Positions 42,754-53,048 of a DNA stretch of 64,000 nucleotides are shown one piece after another. Made by a program: the position numbers and the translations under genes. Position 1 is the first letter of the stretch. Each line of letters begins with the position of its first letter. This stretch comes from an uncultured Pseudomonadota bacterium. Its GTDB lineage: Bacteria; Desulfobacterota; Binatia; Binatales; Binataceae. The notes under the pieces were generated by a model that saw only the letters and a list, made by a program, of their open reading frames with translations, was not told where the DNA came from and ran no database searches. The stretch spans positions 152,337-216,336 of the forward strand of contig CAWGQB010000016.1 in NCBI GenBank assembly GCA_963824565.1, given 5' to 3'.

Positions 42754-44715
42754 ATGGCCACCAACGAATCCACTACCGATATCGAGTCGGTACTCAAAGA
42801 ACAGCGCAAGTTCCCGCCGCCTCCGGAGTTCAGCCGCCGCGCCGAGGTCAAGAGCCTCGCCGAGTACGAGGCGCTCTATCGCCGGGCCGCGGAAGATCCC
42901 GAAGGCTTCTGGAAAGAATGCGCGGGCGAACTGTTCTGGTTCAAGCCGTTTACCAAGGTGCTCGATTGGAACTTTCCGTTGGTCAAGTGGTTCGTTGGGG
43001 GTGAGCTGAACGCCTCATACAATTGTATCGATCGCCATCTGGCGGGGCCGCGCCGCAACAAGGCCGCGCTCATCTGGGAGGGTGAGCCGGGGGACTCGCG
43101 GATACTGACCTATCAGATGCTGGCCAGCGAGGTCGCGCGCTGCGCCAACGGATTGCGCAGCCTCGGCGTCAAGGCTGGCGACCTGGTCACGATTTACATG
43201 CCGATGGTTCCCGAGGCGGTGATCGCGATGCTGGCGTGCGCGCGGATCGGGGCAACGCATTCGGTCGTGTTCGGCGGGTTCTCGGCCGAGGCACTGCGCG
43301 ATCGCATCAACGACGCGGAAGCCAAGGTCTGCATCACCGCTGACGGCGGATGGCGCCGGGGCCAAATCGTCGAGCTCAAACGCAACGTCGATGAGGCGCT
43401 CAAACAGACCCCGTCGGTGCACAAGTGTCTGGTGCTCAAGCGGTGCGGAAACCAGGTCGACATGCATCCCGGACGCGACGTCTGGTGGGACGAATTGATG
43501 GCCGGGCAAAAGACCGTTTGCGAACCGGTTTCGGTGGACTCCGAGCATCCGCTCTACACGCTGTACACCTCGGGGACCACCGGCAAGCCCAAAGGCGTGG
43601 TGCATTCCACCGCCGGCTATCTGCTGCATACGCTGATGACGATGAAGTGGGTGTTCGACATCAAGGACGAAGACATCTACTGGTGCACCGCCGATATCGG
43701 CTGGGTTACGGGTCATAGCTACACGGTGTACGGCCCGCTGGCCGCGGGCGCGACGGTGCTGATGTACGAAGGCGCGCCCAACGCCCCGGAGAACGACCGC
43801 TTCTGGCAGATTATCGAAAAGTACCGGGTAAACATCTTCTACACCGCTCCGACCGCGATCCGCACCTTCATCAAATGGGGCGATGAGTGGGTCAAGAAAC
43901 ATGACCTGTCCAGCCTGCGGCTGCTGGGTACGGTCGGCGAGCCGATCAATCCGGAAGCCTGGATGTGGTATCACAAGACGATTGGGCGCGAGAAATGCCC
44001 GATCGTCGACACCTGGTGGCAGACCGAAACCGGTGGGATCATGATCAGCCCGCTTCCGGGCGCGACGCCCACCAAACCCGGCTCCGCCACCCGTCCGCTG
44101 CCCGGCATCGCCGCCGAGGTGGTGACCCGTGAAGGTCTGCCGGTGGGTCCCAACCAGGGTGGCCTTCTGGTTATCAAGCGGCCCTGGCCGGGGATGCTGC
44201 GCACCATTTTCCGCGACCCCGACCGCTATAAGAGCAGTTACTTCGAGCAGGTCCCGGGCGTCTACACCACCGGCGACGGGGCGCGGTGCGACGAGGACGG
44301 CTATTTCTGGATCATGGGGCGCGTCGACGACGTCATCAACGTCTCCGGCCATCGGTTGGGAACGATGGAGGTCGAAAGCGCGCTGGTGTCCCATCCGGCA
44401 GTGGCCGAGGCCGCCGTCGTGGGCCGTCCGGACGAACTCAAGGGGCAGGCGCTGATGTGCTTCGTGACCCTCGAAGGTCGGCACAAGGGCAGCGATAAGC
44501 TGCGCGAGGAGTTGCGCGGTCACGTAGCCAAGGAGATCGGGGCGTTTGCCCGTCCGGACACGATTCGTTTCAGCGACGCCCTGCCCAAGACCCGCAGCGG
44601 CAAGATCATGCGCCGGCTGCTGCGCCAGATCGCGGCCGGCGACCAGACCATCGGTGATACCACCACGCTGGAAGATCTGTCCGTGCTGGCGCGCCTGCGC
44701 GGAGACGAGGAATAG
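42754..44715 (+). CDS. acs: Acetyl-CoA synthetase (AMP-forming), intact.
   Basis: 653 aa. [14 protein letters not shown]-binding motif and the C-terminal Lys motif (…[11 protein letters not shown]). GGGAGGA ribosome-binding site before the ATG at 42754. Confidence 0.95.
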   Translation: MATNESTTDIESVLKEQRKFPPPPEFSRRAEVKSLAEYEALYRRAAEDPEGFWKECAGELFWFKPFTKVLDWNFPLVKWFVGGELNASYNCIDRHLAGPRRNKAALIWEGEPGDSRILTYQMLASEVARCANGLRSLGVKAGDLVTIYMPMVPEAVIAMLACARIGATHSVVFGGFSAEALRDRINDAEAKVCITADGGWRRGQIVELKRNVDEALKQTPSVHKCLVLKRCGNQVDMHPGRDVWWDELMAGQKTVCEPVSVDSEHPLYTLYTSGTTGKPKGVVHSTAGYLLHTLMTMKWVFDIKDEDIYWCTADIGWVTGHSYTVYGPLAAGATVLMYEGAPNAPENDRFWQIIEKYRVNIFYTAPTAIRTFIKWGDEWVKKHDLSSLRLLGTVGEPINPEAWMWYHKTIGREKCPIVDTWWQTETGGIMISPLPGATPTKPGSATRPLPGIAAEVVTREGLPVGPNQGGLLVIKRPWPGMLRTIFRDPDRYKSSYFEQVPGVYTTGDGARCDEDGYFWIMGRVDDVINVSGHRLGTMEVESALVSHPAVAEAAVVGRPDELKGQALMCFVTLEGRHKGSDKLREELRGHVAKEIGAFARPDTIRFSDALPKTRSGKIMRRLLRQIAAGDQTIGDTTTLEDLSVLARLRGDEE

Positions 44716-44730
44716 GCCGCGCCGTGGTTC

Positions 44731-45968
44731 ATGACTCCTGAGGGACGGAAAAGCTGGTTGCTGTTGAGCGTTCTGTTCCTCAGTAATTTTTTTGTCATCG
44801 GCTCCAGTTCGTCGATCACCGGCGTGTTCGTGATGCCCTGGTGAAGCATTTCGGATGGACCCGGACGCTGGCCGCTTCGCTCACCATGCTGATCGCTCTG
44901 ACCAGCGCGTTGGCCGGGCCGATCACCGGGCGCCTGCTGGACTCGCTCGCCGCGCAAAAAGTGATGGCTGCCGGTGTGGCAATCACGGCGTTCGCGTTGC
45001 TGGCTGCGGGACGGGCCAATTCGTTCGGCGCGATGGCGGCGGCGCACGTCATGATGGGCGTCGGCACCGCGGCGTCAACGATGATCCCGGTCTCGCTGGT
45101 GACTTCGAACTGGTTCGGTGCCCGCCGTGGCGTCGCGCTCGGCATCGCGATGTCGGGGATGTCGCTGGGAGCGTCGGCGATGACGTCGTTTGCCAGCTAC
45201 GTGATCGCCATCGCCGGATGGCGCACGGCCTATACCGTTCTGGCAATCCCGCTGCTGGTGCTGGTCATTCCGATTGTATTGCTGATCGTGCGGACCCGGC
45301 CCGTCGCAAGAACGACCGGGGCAGGTTCCAAGCCGGCGGTTCCGGTTGATGGACTCAGCCGGAGCGAGGCGATACGTGGACGTTCGTTTTGGTTAATCGG
45401 CTTTACCTACTTCATTTATCTCATGGGAGTCGGCCTCGGCGTGGTCCATTTTGTGCCTAATCTGATCGGCCTCGGCATGAGCGCGCAGCGCGCGGCGGCG
45501 ATCTTCAGCGTGGCCATGCTCGTCAGCACGTTGGGCAAACCCGCGATGGGAATACTGGCAGACCGCTTGAATGCGCGCGTGGCCCTGGCGATTGCGCTGC
45601 TTTCATTGAGCTGCGCCTTCCTGCTGCTGACCGAGGCGTCACACCCACTGGTCCTGATCCCGCTGGTAATATTCTATGGCATCGGCGTCGGCGCGCCGGT
45701 CGCGCTGGTGCCGATGCTGATGGCGGAGTCGGTCGGGCTCAAGGCGTTCGGCACCCTGGTCGGCCTGCTGGGCATCTTCGGGATGCTGGGGACCGCGACC
45801 GGCCCGATGTTCGCCGGCCGCATTTTCGATGTGACCGGCGTGTACACGACGGCCTTCATCCTGACCAGCGTATTCCTGTTTATCGCGGCGCTGCTCCCGT
45901 TTGGGTCGTCGCCTTTCCAGTCCTCCGAGGCCGCAACGCCCGCATTCGCGCCTGAAGCGCTGTTGTAA
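44731..45968 (+). CDS. MFS transporter, with an apparent frameshift near 44838.
   Basis: N-terminal transmembrane helix 1 (MTPEGRKSWLLLSVLFLSNFFVIGSSSSITGVFVMP) is in one frame. The remaining 11 helices are in the 44841 frame, with MFS signature-like loops. Confidence 0.75.
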
Positions 45969-46029
45969 TTTGATCGGTCACGCGCGGCAGGTCCGAGCGC
46001 GGCCCGACGATCACACCCATCCAATTTCG

Positions 46030-46452
46030 TCAGTTCGGCTGCAGATCGGGACGTTCCTGATAACTGCAATAATTGCCCGTTTTGATCGTCGCTTGCAGGA
46101 GCCATCCGGCGGATCGGTCATCCTGGGCGATTTTTTTGATCGCGTCGCGGATCGCGTTGGTTACCCGCACGCGAGCGCGCTCGGCTGCGGAGCCGAGCTT
46201 GCGGTCGCGACCGGAATGTCCCACCGCGTTGGAAAGTTCGCGGGCTACCAGCTCCAGCTCGTGCTCAAGCTTCTCGATGCGGCCTAGATCATTGAAGGAG
46301 CGCGCTTCCTGCAATTCGTCTCGTAGTGATTCAATGTGTTCGCGGTAAGCGCGCTTGGCGCGGGCGTCGAGGACGGAGTCGGCAACGGCGCCATCGAGGA
46401 CGACTGCGATATCGCTCCCATCCGGCACGGCCACCTGTGTTAGTTCCAGCAC
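46030..46452 (-). CDS. Hypothetical protein or gene fragment, 140 aa. Possibly the C-terminal module of a larger regulator.
   Basis: Begins with GTG. The conserved-looking block …RDRKLGSAAERARVRVTNAIRDAIKKIAQDD…LQATIKTGNYCSY could not be assigned to a family with confidence. An upstream ORF (46440-46625) is in a different frame. Confidence 0.35.
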   Translation of the reverse strand: MLELTQVAVPDGSDIAVVLDGAVADSVLDARAKRAYREHIESLRDELQEARSFNDLGRIEKLEHELELVARELSNAVGHSGRDRKLGSAAERARVRVTNAIRDAIKKIAQDDRSAGWLLQATIKTGNYCSYQERPDLQPN

Positions 46453-46679
46453 CTGAAATTCGCGGCCGGGTAGCTAATCAAATAATCGATGATGCGCAGT
46501 CCTTTGCTGGGCTTTAGCTGCAGCGTCGAGCTGCCATGGATAACGGTCCAGAGGTCCTGACGATCGGTGAAAATTAACGGAGCCTTTCGTAGGCATTTAG
46601 ATTCCGCCTGACGGCTGCTCGCCAATCAGTTCGGTCATTAATGTCATCGGTTGGATCTCAACCAATGAGAGGTTTGGCG

Positions 46680-47107
46680 ATGACCAAACTACGCCGAAGA
46701 ATGCTCGAGGAACTGCGGCTGCGCAACCACCGCCCAACACGATCGACACTTACATCCGCTGCGTAGCGAAATCCGCTCAACACTTGGACTCCCACCAGAT
46801 GGGCTCGGGCCCGAGCACATCCGAGAATATCAGCTGTTCCTGGTCCAAGAGAAAAAAACCGCGTGGGCGTTGTTCAATCAAACGGTGTGCGCCTTGGGCT
46901 TTTTCTCTCACCAAGTCCTCCACCGCGAGTGGATGATTGAACATATTCCCCCCCCGCGGCACGAGCAGAAGCTCCCGGTAGTGTTGAGCCCGGCCGAAGT
47001 GGCGGCCGTCTGCGAAGCCATCCGCAACCTCAAACATCGCACCATCCTCTCAAACATCGCACCATCCTAATGACCATCTATGCGGCCGGATTGCGTGTCT
47101 CCTAGGT
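46680..47107 (+). mobile_element. Decayed tyrosine recombinase/integrase gene remnant (5' ~140 codons, multiple frames).
   Basis: MTKLRRRMLEELRLRNH…, then …FNQTVCALGFFSHQVLHREWMIEHIPPPRHEQKLPVVLSPAEVAAVCEAIRNLKHRTIL, then …LMTIYAAGLRVS. This is the N-terminal SAM-like/core-binding region typical of phage/ICE integrases. It is interrupted by frameshifts and a 20-bp duplication, then terminates. The catalytic domain is absent. Confidence 0.7.
47031..47070 (+). repeat. Perfect 20-bp tandem duplication (CTCAAACATCGCACCATCCT ×2) inside the integrase remnant.
   Basis: Seen directly in the sequence. The unit length is not a multiple of 3, so it disrupts the frame (…KHRTIL | KHRTIL…). Confidence 0.9.
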
Positions 47108-47327
47108 CGTCAATCTGTGCGTCACTAACATCGCGAATTCATTTCTGAAGCCAAACGTATTTCACAAAAATAACCATAAGTCTTCCGGCCCAAAACGGAA
47201 TTTTCGTTCTTTACGTGCTGTGAATTGCATCGCAGTGAGCAAAAATTCCTCCGACTAACTTTGCTTGCACTCAGAGCAGTATTCGTATACAAACTGTAAA
47301 TGAGATTTTATCCGGGGGCATGGCGCG

Positions 47328-49077
47328 ATGAAACCGGTCAAAATAGCGATGGCGTTAATTCTGCTCGCCGGGAGCCTGGGGTTGCCGGCATGGGCCGCGC
47401 AACAGCAAAACAACGTATTGCACGGGTTCCCAAATGACTGGAGCCATCGCCACCTGATCTTCTCCAAGCCCCGCTCGGCGGCGCAGCTTGAGCAATTCCA
47501 GAAGAATCCGCGCTACCAGATGCAGCAGGCGTGGCGTAACGGCGTGGGCAATTCCGCCGCCGCCTTGGATGCCAAGGCGCTTCAGATCGTTCATTCGTGG
47601 GGTCACCCGGTAACGAGCATCAAGACCAAGCTCAAGAAAGATTGGAGCGTGAGTATGGGGACCGGTACACACGGCTCCGCTGACGTGTTTCCCGCCAAGT
47701 ATGGTTTCGCATCCGACAGCGCCAGTTGTAAGGATTATGTTGATCTTTCCTACGTCTACAGGTTCGGGCACGGTTCCGAGCGTCATCGCCTATACCAATC
47801 TCTACAGCGGATGCGCCCCCGCAACGGTTCCAACCCGATACTGGTCGGCCACCCTATATACTAGCGTCGGCATTAACTTTTACAGCACTGTGGCGACCTC
47901 GCCGGTGCTATCTGAGGATGGAAAGCAAGTTGCCTTCGTGGCGACCATTGAGGGGTTGCAGTCGTATCTTGTTGTTGCGCTAATGCCCAACATAACTAGT
48001 ACATCCAGCAGCCTTAGCGCGGTAAACACGTCAACATGCACCAGTAACACGTCCGTCAACAGCGCGTCGCAAGGCACGTCACCCGTCGTGTGGTGTGCGT
48101 CGCTCGGTAGCCTGAGGACTGACAGTAACTCTTCGCCGTTTTACGATTACACAAACAACGTCTTGTACGTGGGCGACGACATCGGCATATTGCACAAATT
48201 TAAAAATATTTTCCATTCCTATAAGAACAGCACCAATACAACCGCGCCGAGCGAAATGACCTCGGGCGGCTGGCCAACGACCGTTGACCTCACGGAGACG
48301 CTGGCAAGCCCGGTTTTTGACTCCGTCAGTAATAACGTCTTCGTCGGTAATAGCAATGGATATTTCAGCCGGGTGAACGCTTCGAGCGGCAGCGTCGTTA
48401 CAACGTCAGCTCAGTTAAGCCAGGGCGCGGGGATTGTCGATTCCGCGATCGTCGATTCAAGCGCCAGTGAGGTTTACGTATTCTTACCGCAGGATAGAAA
48501 CGGCACTGGATGCACCTCCTCTCCCTACTGCACTACTGTCCGCCAGTTTTCCACCAGCTTCCTCGCAAGTGACGTTGGCACGAGGGCTGCCTTGGGTAAT
48601 GGCTCGGTTTCTACGCCCGTATATAGCGGCGCACTCGATCAGAACTGGTTCCTTACCGGTACCGGAAATCTCTACGTTTGCGGGAACAGCGGCGGAAATC
48701 CAACGCTGTATCGGGTTTCGATTACTTCCGGCACGATGGGCACTTCATCAAACAGCATCACACCCGTGAGCGGCGCCAGCACAACGTGTTCCCCGGTAAC
48801 CGAGTTCTACAACCCAAATTCCGGTGTGACTGGTGTGGACTGGCTTTTCATGAGTGTCGAGGCCAGTGGTAACCTGTCCGTGTGTTCAGGTGCTTGCGTG
48901 TACTCCTTTAATGCCAACACTTCAACACCAACCGTCAGCGCTGGCATTGCGTCAACGGGTGGCTCGAGTGGAATAATTGTTGATAACGCAGCGACCAACC
49001 CGGCTGGGTCTTCGCAGGTCTACTTTGAAACACTCGGTGCAACAAACGCTATGCAGGCTGCTCAGTCAGGGCTATGA
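47328..49077 (+). CDS. Secreted PQQ-like beta-propeller repeat protein, Ser/Thr/Asn-rich, ~580 aa, with an apparent frameshift near 47750.
   Basis: Signal peptide MKPVKIAMALILLAGSLGLPAWAAQ. Repeated blades of the type NVLYVGDDIGILHKF, NVFVGNSNGYFSRVNASSGSVV, LYVCGNSGGNPTLYRVSITSG and VDWLFMSVEASGNLSVCSG. Local GC is clearly lower than the flanks. Confidence 0.6.
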
Positions 49078-49830
49078 GCCTAAAAAAATTGGGTGGGGAT
49101 TAATTGGCTGTAAGGTGACCGCCAAACCACTGAAACGAGGTCATCAGGAAGCCAGGGTCTGAATATGAGACAGCCCAACGGGCTTTAGTAAGATCTATTA
49201 AAGTAGTAGAGGGTGACTAGCATGAGTATACGGTGCTCCCGGCATGAGATTGGGTTGGGATGATCGGGTCTTTCCCTCAACAACGTGGTCTCTTTCAGGC
49301 TCGCGCGCTCGCCCGGACGTGCGGCCAATTTGGAAGTCCTAGTATAGTTCGTCAGATCGTGCTGAGCTTCCGACAGCTTGCTTGTGGACTTATAAGCCGC
49401 AGCTTTTTGGTAATCGAGTTACCATCGTCCGCGGTGTTGCAATGCAATAACAATGGTGGGAAAGAGGGCATCAAAGGCCCGATTCTTGCCGACAGCATTT
49501 CCGGGTATTCTGGTCGCTCCGTCAGTGACGCCCGCTAGCGTCTCGAGCGACTTGGGGATTCAAAAAACCGCTGGGCGAACAATGGCGATAGTATCGATCG
49601 CGACGCGATACGGAGCGTCTGCAAAACAATGGGGGAGCCACGCAGACCATAGCATTACAGGCGGGCAGCCCGGCGATTGATGCGATACCCTTTGTGGTCG
49701 TGTACATGCCTATCGCCGAGCGAGGGAAAGCCCATGGTGGAGGAACCTTGGCAGTTCGTCGCTCATTTCAACCGCGGCCCCATCGGCGCGCTGTTGGTCA
49801 CGCGGGTGAGCCTGGGAAAAGGAGAATTAA

Positions 49831-52823
49831 ATGAATTGGCGTCAATGGGTCGCCGGGATCCGAATTGGGGTATTAGCGTTGGCTTTGGCGTGTGGAAATG
49901 GCATCGCCGCCACCGCCTACGGCTCATCCAGTACTCCGAACCGGCTCGCTACCACGGTGAGTGGAACAGCGGGCATCAAAGGGCTTGAGCTTGGCGGGCT
50001 CGGCCCGGTTGCCGAGTCGACGATACTCGCATATGAGGCGGGCGCTACGCAGGGAGCCGACGCGAGGCAAATTGGTAAAACAGTAACCGATGATTTCGGT
50101 GGCTTTGATATCACCTTCGATCCAGCGCCCGCCAACGGTGCGATCATCTATGTGGTCGCCAACGGCGGCGACGCGGGGTTCGGACACAACGACGCGATTG
50201 CGGAAATGACAGTGCCGGGTGTGTACTGCCAAGGCATAGGCTGCCAATTCCCGGACCTCATCAACATTACTCCGGTCACCACGGTGGCGACCACCGCTGC
50301 ACTACAACGCTTCATGTCGTGGGTGGACTGCTCGAAAATCTTGGGTAACACGCAAACCGGCGTCTGTCTCGACATCAGGGGTGACCTCGGTCTGAGCCGC
50401 CGCGTGGCATCGGTCAATGCCCTGGTGAACGTGGCAAAAGGGAGCGCATCAGCCTTCATGAAGCAAACGGATTCGTCGCCGGTTCGTACCACGCTGCTGA
50501 AGCTCGACACGATCGCAAATCTACTGGCGTTTTGTATAGATTCACCGTCGGAATCAAGCGAAGCGTGCGCTGGCACGTTCGATTCGATGTCATGGCTGCC
50601 AACTCAGAACACGTTGGCGGCGGCCCTGGAGATTGCTTCCGGACCGGTGACCAATCGCAATCAGAGCCTATACGATCGGGCGGCGCAGCACGTCGTTTTC
50701 AAACCGGCTTTGAGCAAGGCGCCGTCGGATTGGACGGTGGGCGGCCAAACCTTCATATTGGTCGCCAATAACTCTAAGCTGGATGACGGCAATACACTTT
50801 CTGCCTACGCATTTGATCCCTCAAATGGTGCACTGATACCGGTAAATGGCTCGCCGTTTGCTGCGGGCAATGGCTTAACTTCCGCCGCAATAAACCCGAC
50901 TGGGAATATCGCGATTGTTTCGAGCGAATACGAGAATAGACTTCACGTTTTAGCCGTTGATCCGGCGACCGGCGCGGTCAACCCCGTTATCGGTTCACCG
51001 GTAGCGGTGGGTCGCCGCCCCTTCCGGGTGACGGTCGATCCGACCGGCCGCTTCGTTTATGTACTTGACGACAGCGGCATCCAGGCCTTCAAGATTGACG
51101 CCCTTGGGATGCTGAGTCCGATTGCGGGCTCGCCTTTTGCTGCCGACCGCGCCGCCTCTGGATTGACGGTGGATCCATCGGGCAAGTTCGTTTACGTCGC
51201 CAACTATACAAGCAATACCATCTCCGGCTTCAATATCGACCAGAGTACCGGAGCCTTGAGTCCGATTCCCGGCTCGCCGTTCGCAGACGACAAACTCCCA
51301 CGTGCCGTAGTGGTGGATCCACAGTCCCGCTTCGCGTACGTCGCGGACGTCGAGAACTTCGTCTCGGCGTATGCCATTGACAAGGCTACGGGCGCGCTCC
51401 GGCCGATTGGCGGTTCGCCCTATAAGGCGGGTAAGCAGCCAGGCTCCGTGGCGATAGATCCCGGGGGGAAGTTCGTTTATACCGGAAACTTGTCGGATCT
51501 TTCTGCTTACGCCATTAACCCTGGCGACGGCACCCTGACTGCAGTACCGGGCTCGCCCTTTGCGGCTGGAGAGGCCGTTTCCTCAGTAACCGTGGATCCG
51601 GGCGGCAAATATCTGTATGCCACAAACCAACGCGATAACACGGTCTCAGCCTATAGCATCGACCGCGCTAGTGGGGCGCTGCGACAGGTAGACGTTACTT
51701 CGCGCGTTGCTACCGGCAAGGATCCCATTACTGCCGTAGCCGATCCGGGTGGAAGATTCGTGTACCTATATACCTTTGACAGGTTTGCCAAGATTTTCGC
51801 TCTGCACGGCTATAGCATCGACTCTTTCACGGGCGCGCTGAGCCCGGTGCCGCGTTCGCCCTATGCCGCGGACTTCGGCACGTCAAAAATGGCCATCAGA
51901 GCCAGGTTTCTCTACGTTCCCACATTGGGCCGTGGCATTTTCGGCTATGCCATTGATCAGGCCAGCGGGGCGCTGACCGGGCTAAATGGCTCGCCGTTCC
52001 GGAACACCTTTGGTCCCGTGGCGGTAACCGTACATCCCAATGGCAAGTTTCTCTATTCCGCCAATGACTCCTGCGTCGCGGGCAGGTGCGCGGTTTCCGG
52101 TTATTCGATCGATCCCCAAACCGGGGCCCTAAGCGAGATTTCCGGCTCCCCGTTCGCTGGCGGCACCAGTCCGCATTCGATCCTGATACGTCCGGATGGC
52201 AAGGAACTCTATATTCTGAATTCCATCGGTAACACGGTAAGCATTTTTAACCTCGACCCTGCCAACGGGAACCTTCCCTCACCGATAGACGGTTCGCCTT
52301 TTACGGTGTACGTCTTTCCGATCCCCAATCCGACCATCGAAGCTATTGGACGCCTGTTTGACCGTTTCACGATAGCTGTCTACTATACAACCTTGGGCTT
52401 CGGTCAGCTGAGAGGATTCACAGGACCCTGTACCGACATTTCGTGCAGTTCGCCTTTTAGCTCGTTTGTTATCAATCTTGGCAAAGACATTTACGATCTT
52501 GACGTGCCCAAGGACATCGTTACGACTCGAACGGAAAATTTGTTTACATCCCAGTGGACCATGTTGGACAGGGCAAGGTTATCAGTGGACGGATAGTAGG
52601 TAGTAATCTGGAGGGGGGTCGACGTAATTGATGTCGACACGACTTTTCCCTGGGCGATGGCGATGACACCGGACCCAACCAGCAGGTTTGCCTTCATCGC
52701 GGGGAACAACCGTTTTATCAACTCCTACACCATCGATTCCGAAAATGGGAAGCTAAGAGCCGTCAAGGTGGCCTCGCCTTTTCCCACTGGCGTGACGCCG
52801 TTTTTTGTAGCGGCGGGTCCTTG
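49831..52823 (+). CDS. Giant secreted protein or lipoprotein with ≥14 lactonase-type (7-bladed beta-propeller family) repeats and a novel Cys-rich N-terminal domain. About 1000 aa, with ≥2 apparent frameshifts near 52540 and 52610.
   Basis: GGAGAA ribosome-binding site before the ATG. Signal peptide with …LALACGNG. Roughly 14 repeats of about 45 aa: [VDP.G+FvYv.N..sNtIS.y.ID..TGAL.pi.GSPfa.G]. After the ORF-track stop at 52596, two further repeats continue in other frames (…PNGKFVYIPVDHVGQGKVISG…; …AMTPDPTSRFAFIAGNNRFINSYTIDSENGKLRAVKVASPFPTGVTP…) up to the TGA at 52823. Confidence 0.65.
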
Positions 52824-53048
52824 ACCAATCCATAGTGAAGAGCCGTGCCGGTTGGGACTGCCTTGTTGGCTGCGCTCCCAGTCAAGCGAGCCCACCACCA
52901 TCTTTTATTGCTTGGAGCACGTGGCCGAGGATATTTGGCATTTACAGACGGGATCTCATCGGCGAGGTCTCGAGAAATAGCGATGCTTGCATCTGGTGAC
53001 CAGCATAAAGGCGTTATGCTAGAAGTATGGCTGTCCAAAAAGTGAGGA

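Noticed and set aside
43015-44523. 502-aa minus-strand ORF.
   Set aside because: Antisense to acetyl-CoA synthetase.
52845-53045. 66-aa ORF upstream of the radical-SAM remnant, as a possible RiPP precursor.
   Set aside because: No ribosome-binding site and no recognisable leader or core features. It is mentioned only as speculation under the rSAM finding.
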